Shown: positions 26,231-40,400 of the stretch, piece after piece
Position numbering within the stretch: position 1 is the first letter of the stretch
How the letters are laid out: each line of letters starts with the position of its first letter
Assembly (NCBI GenBank): GCA_012026655.1
Contig: JAAILG010000006.1
Coordinates: forward strand, 62,001 to 126,000
DNA from: Hydrolagus affinis
Lineage: Eukaryota
Length of the DNA: 64,000 bases
Direction: 5' to 3'
The notes under the pieces: generated by a model
Told to the model about the DNA's origin: nothing
Seen by the model: the letters and a program-made list of their open reading frames with translations, nothing else
Databases searched by the model: none
Made by a program: the position numbers and the translations under genes

Positions 26231-26634
26231 TTGTAAGATTTGGTAGGAATCATTATCACCCTCTCTGATAAGGTTGATTGACTTTACTGTTCTTTCATTT
26301 TTTTTGCTTCAGATCAGTGGTTAACTATAGAGTATTTTGCTAAACTAATAGCTGACATTTCCAGTAAGTATAACTACTCAAGTTGGATAAAACTGCTCAA
26401 GATGGAGCACAATTATCTTTCAAGTATCAGTGACAATCTTACACTTGCAGCTTTCTTGAGAACATCACTGGTTGAACACTTCTATTAGTGGAGAGACATT
26501 TATCACGGAACTCCAATACTTTTCCATGCCTCTTCAGTTGACTGTTCCGGTAATATGCGTACAATGCACTCTTACATTTTCACAATGGAATTAAGACTCA
26601 GAAAGCTTTTGTTGAAGGTAGTAGGTGTGGATTG

Positions 26635-26990
26635 ATAACAATCCTCGCCTTTGATATGAGCACCTTATTGAACATCGAAACATCTCAAAGTGTTTCACAC
26701 AGTTTTCTGTAATGTGTTGTGACATTGTATTTAGAGCTGAACACAACAACCAATTAATTCACAGCAATGTCCGACAAACAGCCACGAAGTGAATGACCAC
26801 CACATATTGTAACTGAGGGATTGTTGACCCTTGAGAAATTTATTTTGTTAATAGTGCCATAGAAACTTTAACAGCCACATGAAAAGCAACCTTAATTAGT
26901 GTCTCATCCGACAATGCAGTTTTCCCCTATTATTGCACTGGAGTGTCAGCTCAAAGTACCAATACGGGACTTGGATCCATAATATCTGAC
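26635..26990 (-). mobile_element. Older Deu-domain SINE, degraded
   Basis: Antisense tail, CACAGCAATGTCCGACAAACAGCCA, AATAGTGCCATAG and GCACTGGAGTGTCAGC. Confidence 0.7.
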
Positions 26991-27289
26991 CTACTCTTTC
27001 ACTATCTTATGAATTGCTTTACAACCATCTATAATACTGGAATTATGCTGCATTTCTAGTATGTGATGAGGCGTTATATTAAATGCAAGGATTACTATTA
27101 TAATCTTGATCTAGAATTGTTCAATTTGGTCCGAAGTCAGAACACATCTTGAGGATAGTGAATAGTCATAAAACGACTATAGACCTTAAACAATACGACT
27201 AAGCAAATCATAGCATTAGTGTAGAAGTTTAGCTTCTACACTAAGTAGTGGCAGGACCTAGGATAATTAGGAAGACAAGGCAGGAGATT

Positions 27290-27960
27290 TGTGTAGAGCT
27301 ATGTGGGAGCTAATCACTAACCTGAAGCTCCCAACAGACTGCAAACGACAAAATGTAATTCTCACATTAAGGAAAATGGACAGCACCATAACTGGAGACT
27401 ATAGACCTACTAACCTGACCTCAATAATTGGAAAAATATGTAGGCAATCATCAGAAAGGAAATGGAAGATTACTTCGATAAAATGCTCTAAGAAATGACA
27501 GCCAACAATGGATCAGAAAGGGTAGGTCTTGGCTGACCAATCTCAGACTTTTTTTTGAGGAGGTGGCAGCCCCAAATTGACTGTGGAATGATCTAGACTT
27601 TCAAAAGGGCATTTGACAAAGTACCAGCTTCGTAAATTGAGGTCACTGGGTATCAAGGGCAGGAAATGGACATGGCCGTGGATTTGAAATGATCTGGAGG
27701 GAAGGAAGCAAAAGGGTATTTCTTCGGTCAAAAGTAAGAGATAATAAGCAGGGTGTCTCAAGGGGATCTGTGATGTGATTAGTAGGTCTACAAATCAGGG
27801 CAGAGACATCAACACCTATCACAAAGTACATTTTTAAATGCAAAAGAGTCATGATCAATTGAGCTTAGTATACGTGCAACTTAACAACGAGAAGTATGAT
27901 ATCATTTGAAAGCAGTACACTGCAGCAAATGAATAGGACCAGGCATAACAATGATCAGCA
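27290..27960 (+). mobile_element. CR1 LINE ORF2 (reverse transcriptase) relic with stops and frameshifts
   Basis: PTDCKRQNV...GDYRPTNLTSIIGK (consensus P.DWK.ANV...GNYRPVSLTS..GK), then RKGRSWLTNL..FFEEV, DFQK/AFDKVP and GVSQ/GSV. Confidence 0.85.
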
Positions 27961-30154
27961 CACTGAGATAATGTAATTCAGAGAATGGGAAAGAGGAATG
28001 CAAATTGAAAATTGAATGGCAGATTGGAAGGCTTATTCATTTCAAGGGGAAAAAAAAAGGCATTTGCTGTGGATTATTCCTTGAGAGTGAAAGTAATGCG
28101 GAGCAAAGAACACCACAGCATGTGGTGATGGAACAGTTCATTCAGCAAGGAATGAGTTGCAAATCTAATTAGGCCTTACCTTTTAGTGGCTAAAAGATGT
28201 ATGTATTTTATAATCTGCATCTTACGTGAAATATTGTGGAACTTTATAAATTTAATGCTAAAGTGTTTACTTACAACAGTCCCACAGAAAAAAATCTATA
28301 AACATTTCAGAATTTTAAATATTTATGATAGAGAGACACACCAGTTGGGATTTTATGAAAAATGCATGTATTACAGATCTTTCACAAAGACAAACTTTCC
28401 CCCTGGTCCATGCAAAAAAACTCGTGTTATACTCGGTAGAGGTAACTGCTTTCAGATAAAACTCAGATGAAGTAAATCTAGCCGGTCCCCATAAGATTGA
28501 AGAAATGAAATTCAATCACACACCAAGCAAATCTCTTGCAACTGGTCATAGCTTTGAGTGATGAGTTGCTGCATTTCGCCAATCTGCAAGCTCCAATCTT
28601 ACAAGTGTGCACACTGGCGGTTTGGAACATGTGATCTTGCTGAGCCTTTGGATTTATCTTGCTCAAGCGCAGCCAAGTGCCTTTCATCGCCGAATTAACA
28701 ACCAATGCAAAGGATGCCATATGATACTGGAATCCTCCACATCCGTTACTTATGGAAGCAGAAGCAATAATTTATTTCTTGAAAACTGGCTCCCACTGAG
28801 AGGTGGCTCTGAGATCCATGATGCCTCCTTCGCCATCTCATAGGTTTGTGAAGTGTTCACAATGATCGCAAGCGTAAGAGAGGACAACAATATCCCGAAA
28901 TCGACCTCACCCCCCGAAAAAAGGAAAGAAGCTCAAATGAGGAAAAAGGGAAGGAAATAAAGTTTGCTGCTGTTATTAACGCATGGGCGGTTAGAGGAAA
29001 TTATTAAGAACTGGCTGCCAGTTACTCCTACAAAGCACAGAGACACTGCCACGTTATACTATATCTTGTGGAGCACTTTAAAATGTCTTCCTGACAGGAA
29101 AGGCTCTGAATCAAATGTAGTTATTAGAGATTCAGGACAGAAGCCCTACTCCTGGAGCTCCCAAAAATACATACAGCTTTGACCCGCTCCCTGAATTTCA
29201 GTTAGCATATGCAGCGTTGTATGGTATTAAGGAATTTTCAGTGCAGAATCACTTCATCAAAGCTAACTGGAAATTCAAATCTATCATGTGTGCTGCTGCA
29301 TAGCTCGAGCAGGCATAATTCTAGCATATTTAAATTTGATCTTCAATTCACATTTCAATGAATTTAAAATATATATATAGCGGGAGATGTGATCTCGGGC
29401 ATTGTGATTGCACCTGTGTGACAGGTGGAAAGAGGTGTTTTCATGCAGTCTGCGTAGTATGCCATTGATTCGCAAGGTATTGACATTGGGCAGAACTGGC
29501 AGAATGAGGGCAATGATCGAGCAGGGTAGAGAAGATCGGAGGGGAAATCCGAAGGTGCAACAGCCTGTCACACTTCCTAACAACCAGCCACGATCTTGAT
29601 GTGGACGGTGACATTAAATGGAATTGACAGTTCTTCTTTTACTTGAGGCCATTTTCTCTCTAATTAAGATTCCTCATAGACAGTCACAGCCCTGATGTGC
29701 CTGAGCTAAAGCACATGGGTGATAATCCACACTGAGGCTGAACTGCCCATCAAAAACCCTTGCTCACCAGTCTAAATCAAAACCAATTCGATATGCTTCG
29801 AGCTATATTTCTTCAAATTAAAAAAAAGTTAACAGAGGAATGATGATTCCACCCTCCACCCCACCTCCAACCCCCACAGCTTCAGATTTGGTAAGTCTAA
29901 CTGTTCGATAATAATTACATGAGATTAAAAACTACTGTGTGATAGACATCGCAGAAATGCAAGCTAATGTAACAGCAGGTCAAATAATTTGCTCCTTCTT
30001 AGCGACATGTTGCCTGAAATCTAACAGGAATTGACAATAGATTTATAATATTTTCCTGTGATAATTAGTCCCCTCCATAATCTTCTCACTTGCTGATGTA
30101 TTGGTCCACTGGCAATCCCTCTCTGTGCTGAATTCTCCATCTCTGGGCCATATA

Positions 30155-30295
30155 ATTATAATTATAATAATAATAATGGTTGCATTTGATATAGTGCCTT
30201 ATTACATCTCCAAGACGTCTCAAAGCACATCACCTCAAGTACTGTAAAGTGAATTGATTGTATATTTTGTGGGGAAAATGCAGCAGCCAATTTCT
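30155..30295 (-). mobile_element. SINE 3' half
   Basis: (ATA)n-TTGCATTTGATATAGTGCC...ACTGTAAAGTGAATTG...GCAGCCAATT. Confidence 0.85.
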
Positions 30296-30479
30296 ATCGC
30301 CACTAAGATACAGGATTTAAAAGAGATAACTCAAGATATTAGTAAAAATCTCCACGTTTTATGTGCAGAATGTTGAAGCTCCCAATGTTTTCTATTGTAA
30401 TACTGTATACAGATGACCATTCTCAAGCCATTTGAACAGCTGTTAAAATATACAACCAAGTTGCAGTGTTCTTCTATAC

Positions 30480-30656
30480 GTCATTTAAATCCATGACTGT
30501 GTGTGGGACACTGCTGTGAGCAATTGGCTGCCACGATTCGCCCACAAATATAAAGTCAATTCACTTTACAGTATATTCTGTGAAGCGCTTTGGGACGTTG
30601 ATAAGATGTGGAAAGTGCTATATCAAATGCAAGGATTATTGTTATATTATTATTAT
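30480..30656 (+). mobile_element. SINE 3' half
   Basis: High identity to 230-399, ending ATCAAATGCAAGGATTATT. Confidence 0.9.
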
Positions 30657-33034
30657 AGTCTATACTAGCAGAGGGTCAGATAGAAGTGTCAGTTCCAATG
30701 GGTCTCTGCTATTATTTAACATGAGTCTAAAATGTTCACTTTAAATTAATTGCTCAAACAACAATTAGCTCAATTGCTACATGTGGACATACCACCATTG
30801 TTATTCCATTGATAGCAAAGGCTGAACCTTGATGTTGTTGAGGAGACATCACTTTCACTAGTTGTGTGCGGCTGAAGACGACTTAATTGAACAACACAAA
30901 GGGAAGGGGCGAGGAACTCTTGTTTGCTAAGATTTAGCAGCTATAAATAGCACATTGGTTTCACATTATTCAAACCAACATATTATTGAACACAATTTGT
31001 AGATAAAAATTTGTAGATAAAAAGAGTCCTGAAAATGTGTCTTTGTTTGTACACATGTTTAGTCACTGAGGGAAATTCAGCAAAAAAAGCTTTTAATGAA
31101 ACATAGGAATGACAGCAAGACGAGTTAATCGCTGTTCATATATAATAAGCAGATGATAAGCTGCATCAATGCCTTGGGATGTCCTCCTGACGTGAAAGGC
31201 ACTGTACAAACGTAATTTCACGTTGTATTGTGGAGGAATGTGACTAACATTAATAAAATACTGATCAGTTGTGGAAAAGCAACACATCATTGTGAAGTAC
31301 TGTATTTGGTTGGGTTGACAGTGGCTTCAATTTACAACATATCAATTGAATAATTTAGGCTGCATTGTTACAGCGGATTTGGCGACAACTCACAACCATT
31401 TTGACAGCGATTTGTGCGAGTGTGTGCGGCATAGTTTGTTATCTATAACCTCTGGTCATATCTGTCTTACAGTACTATATAGTAAATTATTAAAACATTT
31501 ATTTATAAAACTTGCTGACACTTGTAAGATTATTTTGAAATATCATTTATTTCTTTATCAACAGTACAAGAAAGTCACAATTCCTTTTATAGGGTCATCT
31601 TAATAGATCAAAAAAGGTTCAGTAGAAGCACTTAAAATGATTTTAACCAAATACTGTATTGTGTTTGATAGTCATAATAAAGTAAGGTGTGTCAGGGCAA
31701 AAATGAAATTAACACTTCAAAAGTGATGAATCAGAGGAAATGTGTCTAACTCTTGCCCACAAAATCTAAGGGTGTAAACATTTACAATTTATCAACTCTG
31801 GTAACACTACAAAACAACAGTAAGATATTCCTGCGTTGCGACTGAGGATGGTAACAAACACAACATGTCTTGTAAAAAAAAGTCCTTAGCTGGAAAATAC
31901 CAGCAAGACAATAGTACAGTCCTAATTATCCAAGGATATGGAAGTGAAATACATTATGGCAACAGGAAGAAAGCATTAATCTTTATCATGTGCAGCAAAG
32001 TCAGTGGTACCACAGTGGCTTTTTAAATCTTTATATTTACGTGAAGCTGAACAAGCATCTCTAATTGTGTAATGTCTATCATTGCTGTTGTCGAAAAATT
32101 ATCTTGGGTAAGAGATGAAAAGCTTGTTGCTTAATGTATAGTCAATCTGCAGGTTACTAAGGGATATTACAAGGTTTCTTATTCCCTCTACATTAAGCAA
32201 TGGTGGTTAATAGATGATTGCACTGCTAGAGTCTGGATTGAAGGCAGTGATGGGGATCTCTGTACAGATCTAAGTTAGAGAAGTTGGTAATTACAACAAA
32301 TGCCTGGGGCTGAGATTTGAATGTTTTGGGGGATTGATAGCGACACCTGAAAAAAGGGCTTCAACTTCACTTTGGCAACACTGATTTGAAGACTCTTCCG
32401 GATCACAAACTAACGTAGAGAAAGCAATGCCTGAGAAAATATTGATATCCTGTTAAAGCATATGCATTGTTGGTTCATTGGTCAATTTCCCTACAGGTAC
32501 AAATAATAAATTTTCTGCTGAGTCCTGTGCTTGTAAAATAAAATGGTCTTGATTCCTACATTCCACTTGACCTTGAGGGAAGGATGATCTCAAATGAATC
32601 CTCTAATCTCTCGATCACTTGCCACTCTTGTGGGCAGATTGTGTGAGCGCTCCGAGACACTGCCCTATATATATGAGTTAGGGCTCCATATAAATGTAAG
32701 TTGTTGATATACAAGTAACTTGTCGAACAGCAGCTGAGGGAGGGATTGATTTTTAAGAAGGAAAGGTTTATATCCAGTTTGTGTCACTGAGAAAGTCTAA
32801 TGCCTGTGGGATTTGCAGCCAGATTCTGAGCCAGGCAGAGTTTATCAGGGAGTACAGTTGACAGTCTTATGCATTTGGTAGCATTAAGTGTCATGGCTTT
32901 TGCCGGTGACTTGCTTGCACATCATGATGGATATGGGGCAGATGGAGACAGGTTGAATTTGATACCATCCTCCACTCATGACTATGCAAAAGCTGCGTTG
33001 GATCCGCCCTGCTTGTTGGCAGGAAGGATACATC

Positions 33035-33092
33035 TAGGATACATCCACGCCGTCCGGCGTGGAGGGCGCTATATAAATCAAAGTTGTTGTTC
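33035..33092 (+). mobile_element. Very short 5'-truncated L2 tail insertion
   Basis: GCCGTCCGGCGTGGAGGGCGCTATATAAATCAAAGTTGTTGTT. The same terminus occurs at 45693-45731. Confidence 0.7.
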
Positions 33093-36000
33093 TTGTATCT
33101 ACGCTTGCTATGGATCTGTGGTATTTCACATGTCAACCTGGGGTATTAGAATATCTACTTTGACTTCAATGCACACTTGAATTTTAAGGATTCCAAAGAC
33201 CAAGGTAGACTTACTGTTTCTCAAACAGTAAACAACCAGTAGAGTTGAGTGAGAGCATGCAAACAGCTTTTTGTTAACCTATGCTTATCCACCAAGCCAT
33301 CGGAGGAGTCAAAACAAGCCAGACATTGAGCCAGATGGACACTTTATAAGGACAGTAGGTTTGGTTTGTTGACATTATTTGTTTTAGCATGAAAGCATCG
33401 CTGCAAAAGTGGACTCAACTTTATTGTGATTGCCAAGTAGTTGGTTCCAAGAGGATTTGATTGTTTCTCCAGCTGTAATGTAACTATCATTTCATTTGAA
33501 ATTATCAGTGGGTTGCAATTTGTTAAATTCTTTTAGCCAATTCCAATTTGCAGTACTTAAGATGAAAGAATCTCAGAGTCTTGGAGGATATGTCACTCTA
33601 TGTAGATTTGAGTCTGAAGCTGAACAGATAATGAGTTGCATAAAGCTTTGGCATCATCTGTTAGAGTGAATAAAATTGCCAGCCCCGGATGCTGCAATTG
33701 CAAATCACTGTGGAAGTGAATACTGGCATTTTCTGTACCCAGATAACAAATGCATACCACAGGTGGCACAGAGATATCCAAGCTTATCAAGCCTCCAAAT
33801 TGGAGTTCAGTCGTTATTCAGCAGATGGCCACATTGTATCCCTGTCTCCGGAGACTTTTGAATGAATTTGTATTCATTGATAGGAGTCCAGATAAAAGCA
33901 GGGTTTTTCCTATTTGAAGAATATGACTTTTAATAAGGTTGTGGTTCTAGTTTTTCTTTTTTGGGGGGGAGAGGAGGTTTCAGCTGGGTGCCTGACACAT
34001 TTGGAAACCCATCAGCATGCTTTAGAGTATGCAAAACAGACTCGGAGTTCCACGTATGCCAACTAAACATGGACATTTCCATGTTGGCTTCAGGTACGTG
34101 ACTGAAACAGTGAAAAAGTATCTTAAAATATTCCATTTGAGTACATCAAGCAATACACCTGTTCTACGCAATCCCTACACTTTATATTAAATAATGTGAA
34201 GCATTTTGAAACACTTCAAAGTCATGATAAGGTGCTATATTAAATGCATGGACTATTATATTTGTGAATAAGTTTACAGTAACATTAATAAACTCCCACG
34301 AGCAAACAAAAAACACTAAGTTAGGAATTACAACTGTAAATCTCAGCTGAACATTACCAAAGTTGTGCTCAGTATTAAACTTGCTCTATTTTATGACTCT
34401 GTCCTTCAACAGCTCTCAACTCTATGAAGCACAGCTCTAGCTAACATATCTGGTAAGTCTTTTCTACTATTCTCTGGACAGTATATTATAAAAGGACAGT
34501 ACATCATAAAAGGTTCAACATAGCCATCAACTGTTCAGTTCCAAACCCTGGCATTAAGGACAAGACACAAAAAGACCACAGTATTTTGGCTGGTAATGAA
34601 TACAGCTAGTGAAAGTTATCACATCATACATCACATGTAGAAAAATAAAGTAAACCTTGCATGTGATATAGCACCTTTTACATCATGAGGACCTCGCAAA
34701 GCATTTCAGAAGATTTTCTATAAAGTGTCTATTTGTAAGTAAACGCGAAAGCCACTTTGGGCACTGCCCTTAAGTGAATGACCATCTTTATCTGGGGGAT
34801 TATTGGCTAGGACACCAGGAGCAAATCCCTTCTCTTTTTAAATTGTGTCTTGGGATCTTTAATGTCCAATTAATTCAGTGTGTTGCATCGATTGAAAAAA
34901 AATAAATTCGCACAAATTGCATTAATTAAAACAAATGTACAATAAGGCTATTCATCTATTTGTGAAAGGTGGGCTTTACAGAATAGAACAAACTGATTAT
35001 AATGATAAGTAACAATGTGCATTTGAAGCTTCTAAGTTTTGTTGTCAACTAAATGGAAGAAACCATCGACATGTGATCAGTTCAACACAATGTGTGGTGG
35101 AATCCATAAGACCTGAGATTTGGATCATTATACTCAGTGATACATGACTGCATGCACTTCTAAAAGACTCTCCACAGAACTCCAACTCTCAGCGAATTTA
35201 CCAAGGTTAATTTATTGTTGGTCAGCCCATCCAAGTAGGTGTGGGCAATTCCCATTATAAGCTCCCACTGGCAAGACCAGTAAATTAACTTTCCGGCAGA
35301 CAATAGTCATCTTGCTGTTGTGAATCTTCTGCTGTTGAATTCAGTTAAATTGTTTGGAAGATGCTGTCCTTCTCTTCGCACTCCAATCCATTATATTCCC
35401 ACAGAAACACAGGCACGCTGGAACCTTATCAAGCCTCATTCAGTTCCAATGATGGGCACACATTTTAGTGGGTAGAGAAATGCATTTCATTCCAATGGAT
35501 TTACAATCCATGTCACTTTCTCTCCCTCTTCAAAATATCTTAGTGAAAATACATTGACGCAGATTGCAATTCTGTGGAATTTAATTGTATTTTTTTTCAT
35601 CAAAACATTCCGTGATTGTCACTAGAAATAATAGACTCATAGATCTGTCAAGTGATATGTTATTCCACTGATGTGCCTTGGGAACATTGACTATTATCAA
35701 ATTGATCTCCTTAAGCAAATTTTCAGATGATTTAACCTCTACACATTAAGAGGCAGGTTAGACTCTTGTGCTTGGAATAGCCAGTCTAACTATCGTGCAA
35801 TGCTATCAAATTCGGAGCTGAGGCTATTAACAAAGACTATTCCTGCTTCGAAAATGTTGTCTTCTTCTCTGTGAAACTGCTTGACGTCCACTGATGGCCC
35901 CGGAGAAATGCCCCAGTTTGACAGAACTGAGATTGAGAACGAGCAGTTTAGGGGAGTGACATGGGTCGTCATATACTGGCCCCAAATGTTGGAGTTCCAA

Positions 36001-36585
36001 CACCAATTTCACCATGCCACCTAGGTAGTGTGTGTTAAATACCACAGGAGATGTCTCGCGAAAGACAGGTCACACACTTTTTGCAATTATGTCAACACAA
36101 CTTAGTGTGACCAGAACATATGTTTGTAACTAATACTCTATTAATAGGCTAAATAACCACATTCACAAATGTGTAAACCTTAAAGAGTACAATTGGATAG
36201 TTTAGCTGTTATCTTAATTATGCTAAGTAACATTTTGATGGTCTTAATGGTCACATAGGAGCATATCGGATTACCTTATAATTGTGCCATTAATAATAAA
36301 TACCATATTCCTGTTGAACCTCATTGAAATTCTGCAAGTAGCGCTCAAAAAATTCTGTGAACAAATTCTCAAAACCCTCAGCAACCGAACAATTGCATAT
36401 TCATAGCATAGTCATTGAGATTCCAGTCAGGGCACTGACATATAAAGTTATTTCAGATCAATTATAGTCAGCACCTGCTCACCTACATCTTGGCCAAATT
36501 CATCCAACTGCTGTATATAAATGCTTGATTAAGTATATGATTTATCTTTAGTTAAGAGCAAAGCAATTATTCTTATTCGTATTCT

Positions 36586-36950
36586 AATAATAATAATAAA
36601 TAATAATAATAAAAACTCCTTGCATTTGTCCTAATGGCTTTCACTTTGGGAGGATGTCTCAGAACTTTACTGTAAATTGAAGTCAGTGTGTATTTTTAAG
36701 CGGATGCAGCATCTAATTTGCGCACAACAAAATGTCCCCAAAACAGCCATGATTGGAATGATCAATTTTATCTGGGTCCTTGTGGACCAGGACACTATGA
36801 GAAACTCCTGTCTCTTTTTGAATAGTGCTATGGAATCTTTGACATCCAACTGAATAGGCAGACAGGGCCTCAGTTTGATATCACACCCAACAAACGGTGC
36901 ATCCGACAGTGCACACCTCCCCAAACACTGCACTTGTGTGCTCGTTACCA
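36586..36950 (-). mobile_element. Older Deu-domain SINE with an (ATA)n tail
   Basis: (AAT)n at 36586-36612, then GACCAGGACAC, GAATAGTGCTATGGAATCTTTGACATCCAACTGAATAGGCAGACAGGGCCTCAGTTT and TCCGACAGTGCAC. Confidence 0.8.
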
Positions 36951-37489
36951 ATTTCCTCAAAAGAAACACAAGTGTACCTTGCGCACAGAACCCCAAATAC
37001 AGTAAATCATATAATTTAATAGATCTAACACATATTATAAAGACATACAGAGACATAAGAAATTAGAGATGTACTAAATTAATTTTATTTGTACAATAAT
37101 CAAAAACATTTATTCATTGTTGTGGGACCAATAAACCTTCCTTTAAATAATATTTTGCACCCTGTAAAATCACAATTAATTTGGTTTGAGACAGATCAAA
37201 ATAAATCCTATCCTCCTATGATTTATAATGAAGCTTTCATTGAGTCAGGCAACATTAAATTACTTGGTTAATGGATGAACAGACTATTATTTTGTAGCAG
37301 GATGTTCAAGGCACTTACACTACATGATAAATTCATTTGGAGGTGTGTAATACAAGCTGAAGCTGATTGAAGAGGAGGGAACTAGGAACCTTCCTATCAT
37401 TTGGACTGAGTCATTGCCAGCCATGGTGCTTCACTTTCATAAGAACTGGATATCTATAGGATATAAATATTAAACTCTCTCTCTTTAGT

Positions 37490-37790
37490 AAATACATTTA
37501 TATTTATACAGCACCTTTCATGTCAGGAAAGTGTTTGCTGTTTGGATGTCCAAGTTGGGGATAAGGCGGGGAAATATTCAGCTAAAGAGAAAAGTTTTGT
37601 GACATGCCTTATACGAGGAAAAATTTTACAAGAGCTAGAGGGACTCCAGGTTGGAGTTCTTAACAGCGGAGGCAGATCGGTTGAAAGTTTGCCCGCCGAT
37701 AGTGAGGTAGATAAGGCAGGCAACATGAAGCAGGCCGGTACTTGCTCAGTGAAAGGAACAGTGTGGTTGAATGAGAGTGTGGGGGCAGAG
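37490..37790 (-). mobile_element. Degraded L2 3' fragment
   Basis: Antisense tail ATTTATACAGCACCTTTCATGTCAGGA and GGAGTTCTTAACAGCGGAGGCAGATCGGTTGAAAG, an antisense AFS..AP.LWNS region. Confidence 0.6.
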
Positions 37791-38619
37791 TGATTATCTA
37801 ATCATTAGTAAGTCATTAACCTTGGAGCACGTCAGAATATTCACTGATCATTATGTTTCGCTAACCTTGGCATCAGGACTTGTAACATACTTGATATATA
37901 TGACCAGTTTCCAGTCATTTGACATGAACCAATTTTGTGCTCTCCCAACAACAGATTTCAACCATCTCCACAATTCCAGGTCATCACTGAATTCCCTCAA
38001 TTGTCCTACATTTGTGGTCTGTGCAGGGTTGAAATTGGTCAAAAACAAACCATGGTGACTGATCTAAATCACAGAAGTAATGATACAGATTTTTTTCCCC
38101 ACCCTTTCTGCCGCTGCATCAGACCAACCTTGACAGAAAGCGCTTGATGCCTTGAATAAATGCATGCAAACGGCAGTACAGGCAACAGCAAAGACAGAAA
38201 TGATCCCAGGAATAGAGTCCCTACGGCAAAAGCATTGTGATGTATCATTCATTTGGGAATACAGACCATTAGACACATCAATGTTTTTTTCATTTGCATA
38301 ATGTATATCACTGTATGGACTGGGATCAATTTTTTGCTCCATCTGTTTCCCAGGAAACTTACTCTACGGGCTCAGTTATTGCTGTGAAAATTGTGTATCT
38401 TAATAATTTGTCACAATGCTAGTCTGAAGTTCTAGGCGTGTTAACACACTGATACATGAAAACAAATGGTTTGAATCTCATAGTTGTGGAAAGAAGTGAA
38501 GAGGGAATTTATTTGCAAACAGCAGCGTAGCATTACAAGTCACTGAGGCTGTCAATGTGTTGATGTGATGATATGAATGATATTCTAAAGACACGTGGAC
38601 TTGACAAAACCAGCTTTAT

Positions 38620-38892
38620 AATAATATAATAATCCTTGTATTTGATATACCATTTTTCACATCTTCCAGACATCTCAAAGCACTTCACAAAATGTATTGT
38701 AAAGTGAATTGATTGTGTATTTGTGGGTGAAAAGTGGCAGCGAATTGCACACCGCAGTGACCCACAGATTGAAGTGACCAATTTATTATAGTTTTTCTTA
38801 AGGGATTATCAGCAGGCTTGTGGGTAAGAAAACTTGTCCAAGATTTTGCCATGCCTGGAATCAAACCCAGATATCTCGCTTGCAAAGTGAGT
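38620..38892 (-). mobile_element. tRNA-derived SINE, near full length
   Basis: Tail, centre and antisense head GCCTGGAATCAAACCCAGATATCTCGCTTGCAAAG. Confidence 0.85.
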
Positions 38893-38996
38893 GAAGGGCA
38901 CTGTATGAATGGAAGTAGTCGAATGAATCTGCCATTGTTGAAAAACAAAGCAAAATTAACTTTCTTTAAAGCTTAAACCAATTGGAGAATCCGAAG

Positions 38997-39183
38997 AAAA
39001 CGCAAAATACTGGAAGTCTAAAACAAAAACAGAAATCACTGTGAACACTCAGCAGGTCAGGCAGCATCTAAGGAGAAAGGAAAGTGAGTCGAAAGGAACA
39101 AAGGAAAGTTTGACTCACTTTCTTTTCTTCATAGATGTTGCCTGACCTGCTGAGTGTTTCCAGCAATTTCTGTTTTTGTTGTG
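38997..39183 (+). mobile_element. Penelope-like fold-back element, internally deleted
   Basis: Inverted arms AACAAAAACAGAAAT...CTCAGCAGGTCAGGCAGCATCTA and TAGATGTTGCCTGACCTGCTGAG...ATTTCTGTTTTTGTT. Flanking near-direct repeat GAATCCGAAG / GAATCCTAAG. Confidence 0.8.
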
Positions 39184-39239
39184 GAATCCTAAGGCTTGCT
39201 GGGGGAGAAAAGGCTTGCACAAAGTGACCTATCATTTTT

Positions 39240-39510
39240 TGAGTTTCTTTCTATGATGTTTACTGGAATTAATTGAAACTGAAAGCAAACGGGATTTTGA
39301 AAAAATATTATTGCTTCTACTCACAGTGAATGCTCTCGATAATAGGCTGCAACATATTTTTGTCACAATAAATGTCACGTTAACATGTTTATAATTCACG
39401 GGATCATGCTTCTGACCTTTCCGAAAGCTTTTTAGCAATTTCATGATCTCCTGTGAACATTTCTGTCCACATTTCTTGGCAGAGGATGTTATTTTTGTCA
39501 AGATTCTCCC
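39240..39510 (-). mobile_element. CR1 ORF2 relic
   Basis: Minus ORF FRKGQKHDPVNYKHVNVTFIVTKI matches FKKG...DPGNYRPVSLTSIV.K. Confidence 0.65.
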
Positions 39511-39924
39511 TTCCTCTCTTAACGCCTGTGACCTGAGCTAAGATAGTTTCTCAGAAAATGGCATTCTTCCAGTGCCTCCATCACACACGCATTCAGACAA
39601 AGAGCGCTGAAAGACTAATAGACCAAGAGAGTTATCACAGCCGAGTCTAAAGCTCCTCTCACTCGATGTCCACCCCACAGCTCTTTCCATTTTAATTGCT
39701 TTGTATTCATGCTCAATAGTTGCCTCACTTTGATGTAGTCCATTGTGTGAAGACCTTCCAGATATCTTAATGTGAAAAACATTTGGGTTTCCAAGTTCGT
39801 ATATTGCAGTATAATGCATTCTAAATTATTTTATTGATGCTTCATGCAAAACAAAAGGTGCACATGTGATACCTTTCACACGTTGGACAACATCAAGAGA
39901 GCATGTAATATAAATTATTTCACC

Positions 39925-40400
39925 TCTATAACATAAGAGCTTCAGAAATTTTTTACAGCACAGAAGAAAACTGTTCAGCTGGCTTTTCATGAAAGAGCAA
40001 TCCATTCACTCATTTCGCTCACTCCCTGCCCTCTCTCAAAATACATCTCAAAATGTACTTGTTTGACCATGCTTTCAGTCAGCTTTCCCCTGCTCCCCAT
40101 TCCTTTTGAATCTCTCCCCCAGCTCGGGTGCCTAACCAGCACTTTCACTGTGAAACATTTTGGGACATCCTCTTGACATGAGAGGCGCCATATAAATTCT
40201 ATTTTTATTCAGTCCAATTTCAATACCTTTTCTGCATTCCCTCCAAATGATTTGCATTTAGATATCTAGCCATTTCATTCTTCAATGCTAATATAGATCC
40301 TGTCTTGTACAACAAGCCTGGAATTCCACATTCTGACAACTCCCTGTGTAAAGATAAATCCTGCTATTCTACCCTTTGCTCCCTTGCTATATTAAATTGA
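39925..40400. mobile_element. Antisense CR1 3' end interrupted by a sense L2 3' end (about 40015-40208)
   Basis: AACATAAGA...TACAGCACAGAAG and GAATTCCACATTCTGACAACTCCCTGTGTAAAGA (CR1 antisense) flank CTCAAAATGTACTTGTTTGACCATGC...CCCCAGCTCGGGT...GAGAGGCGCCATATAAAT (L2). Confidence 0.65.
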
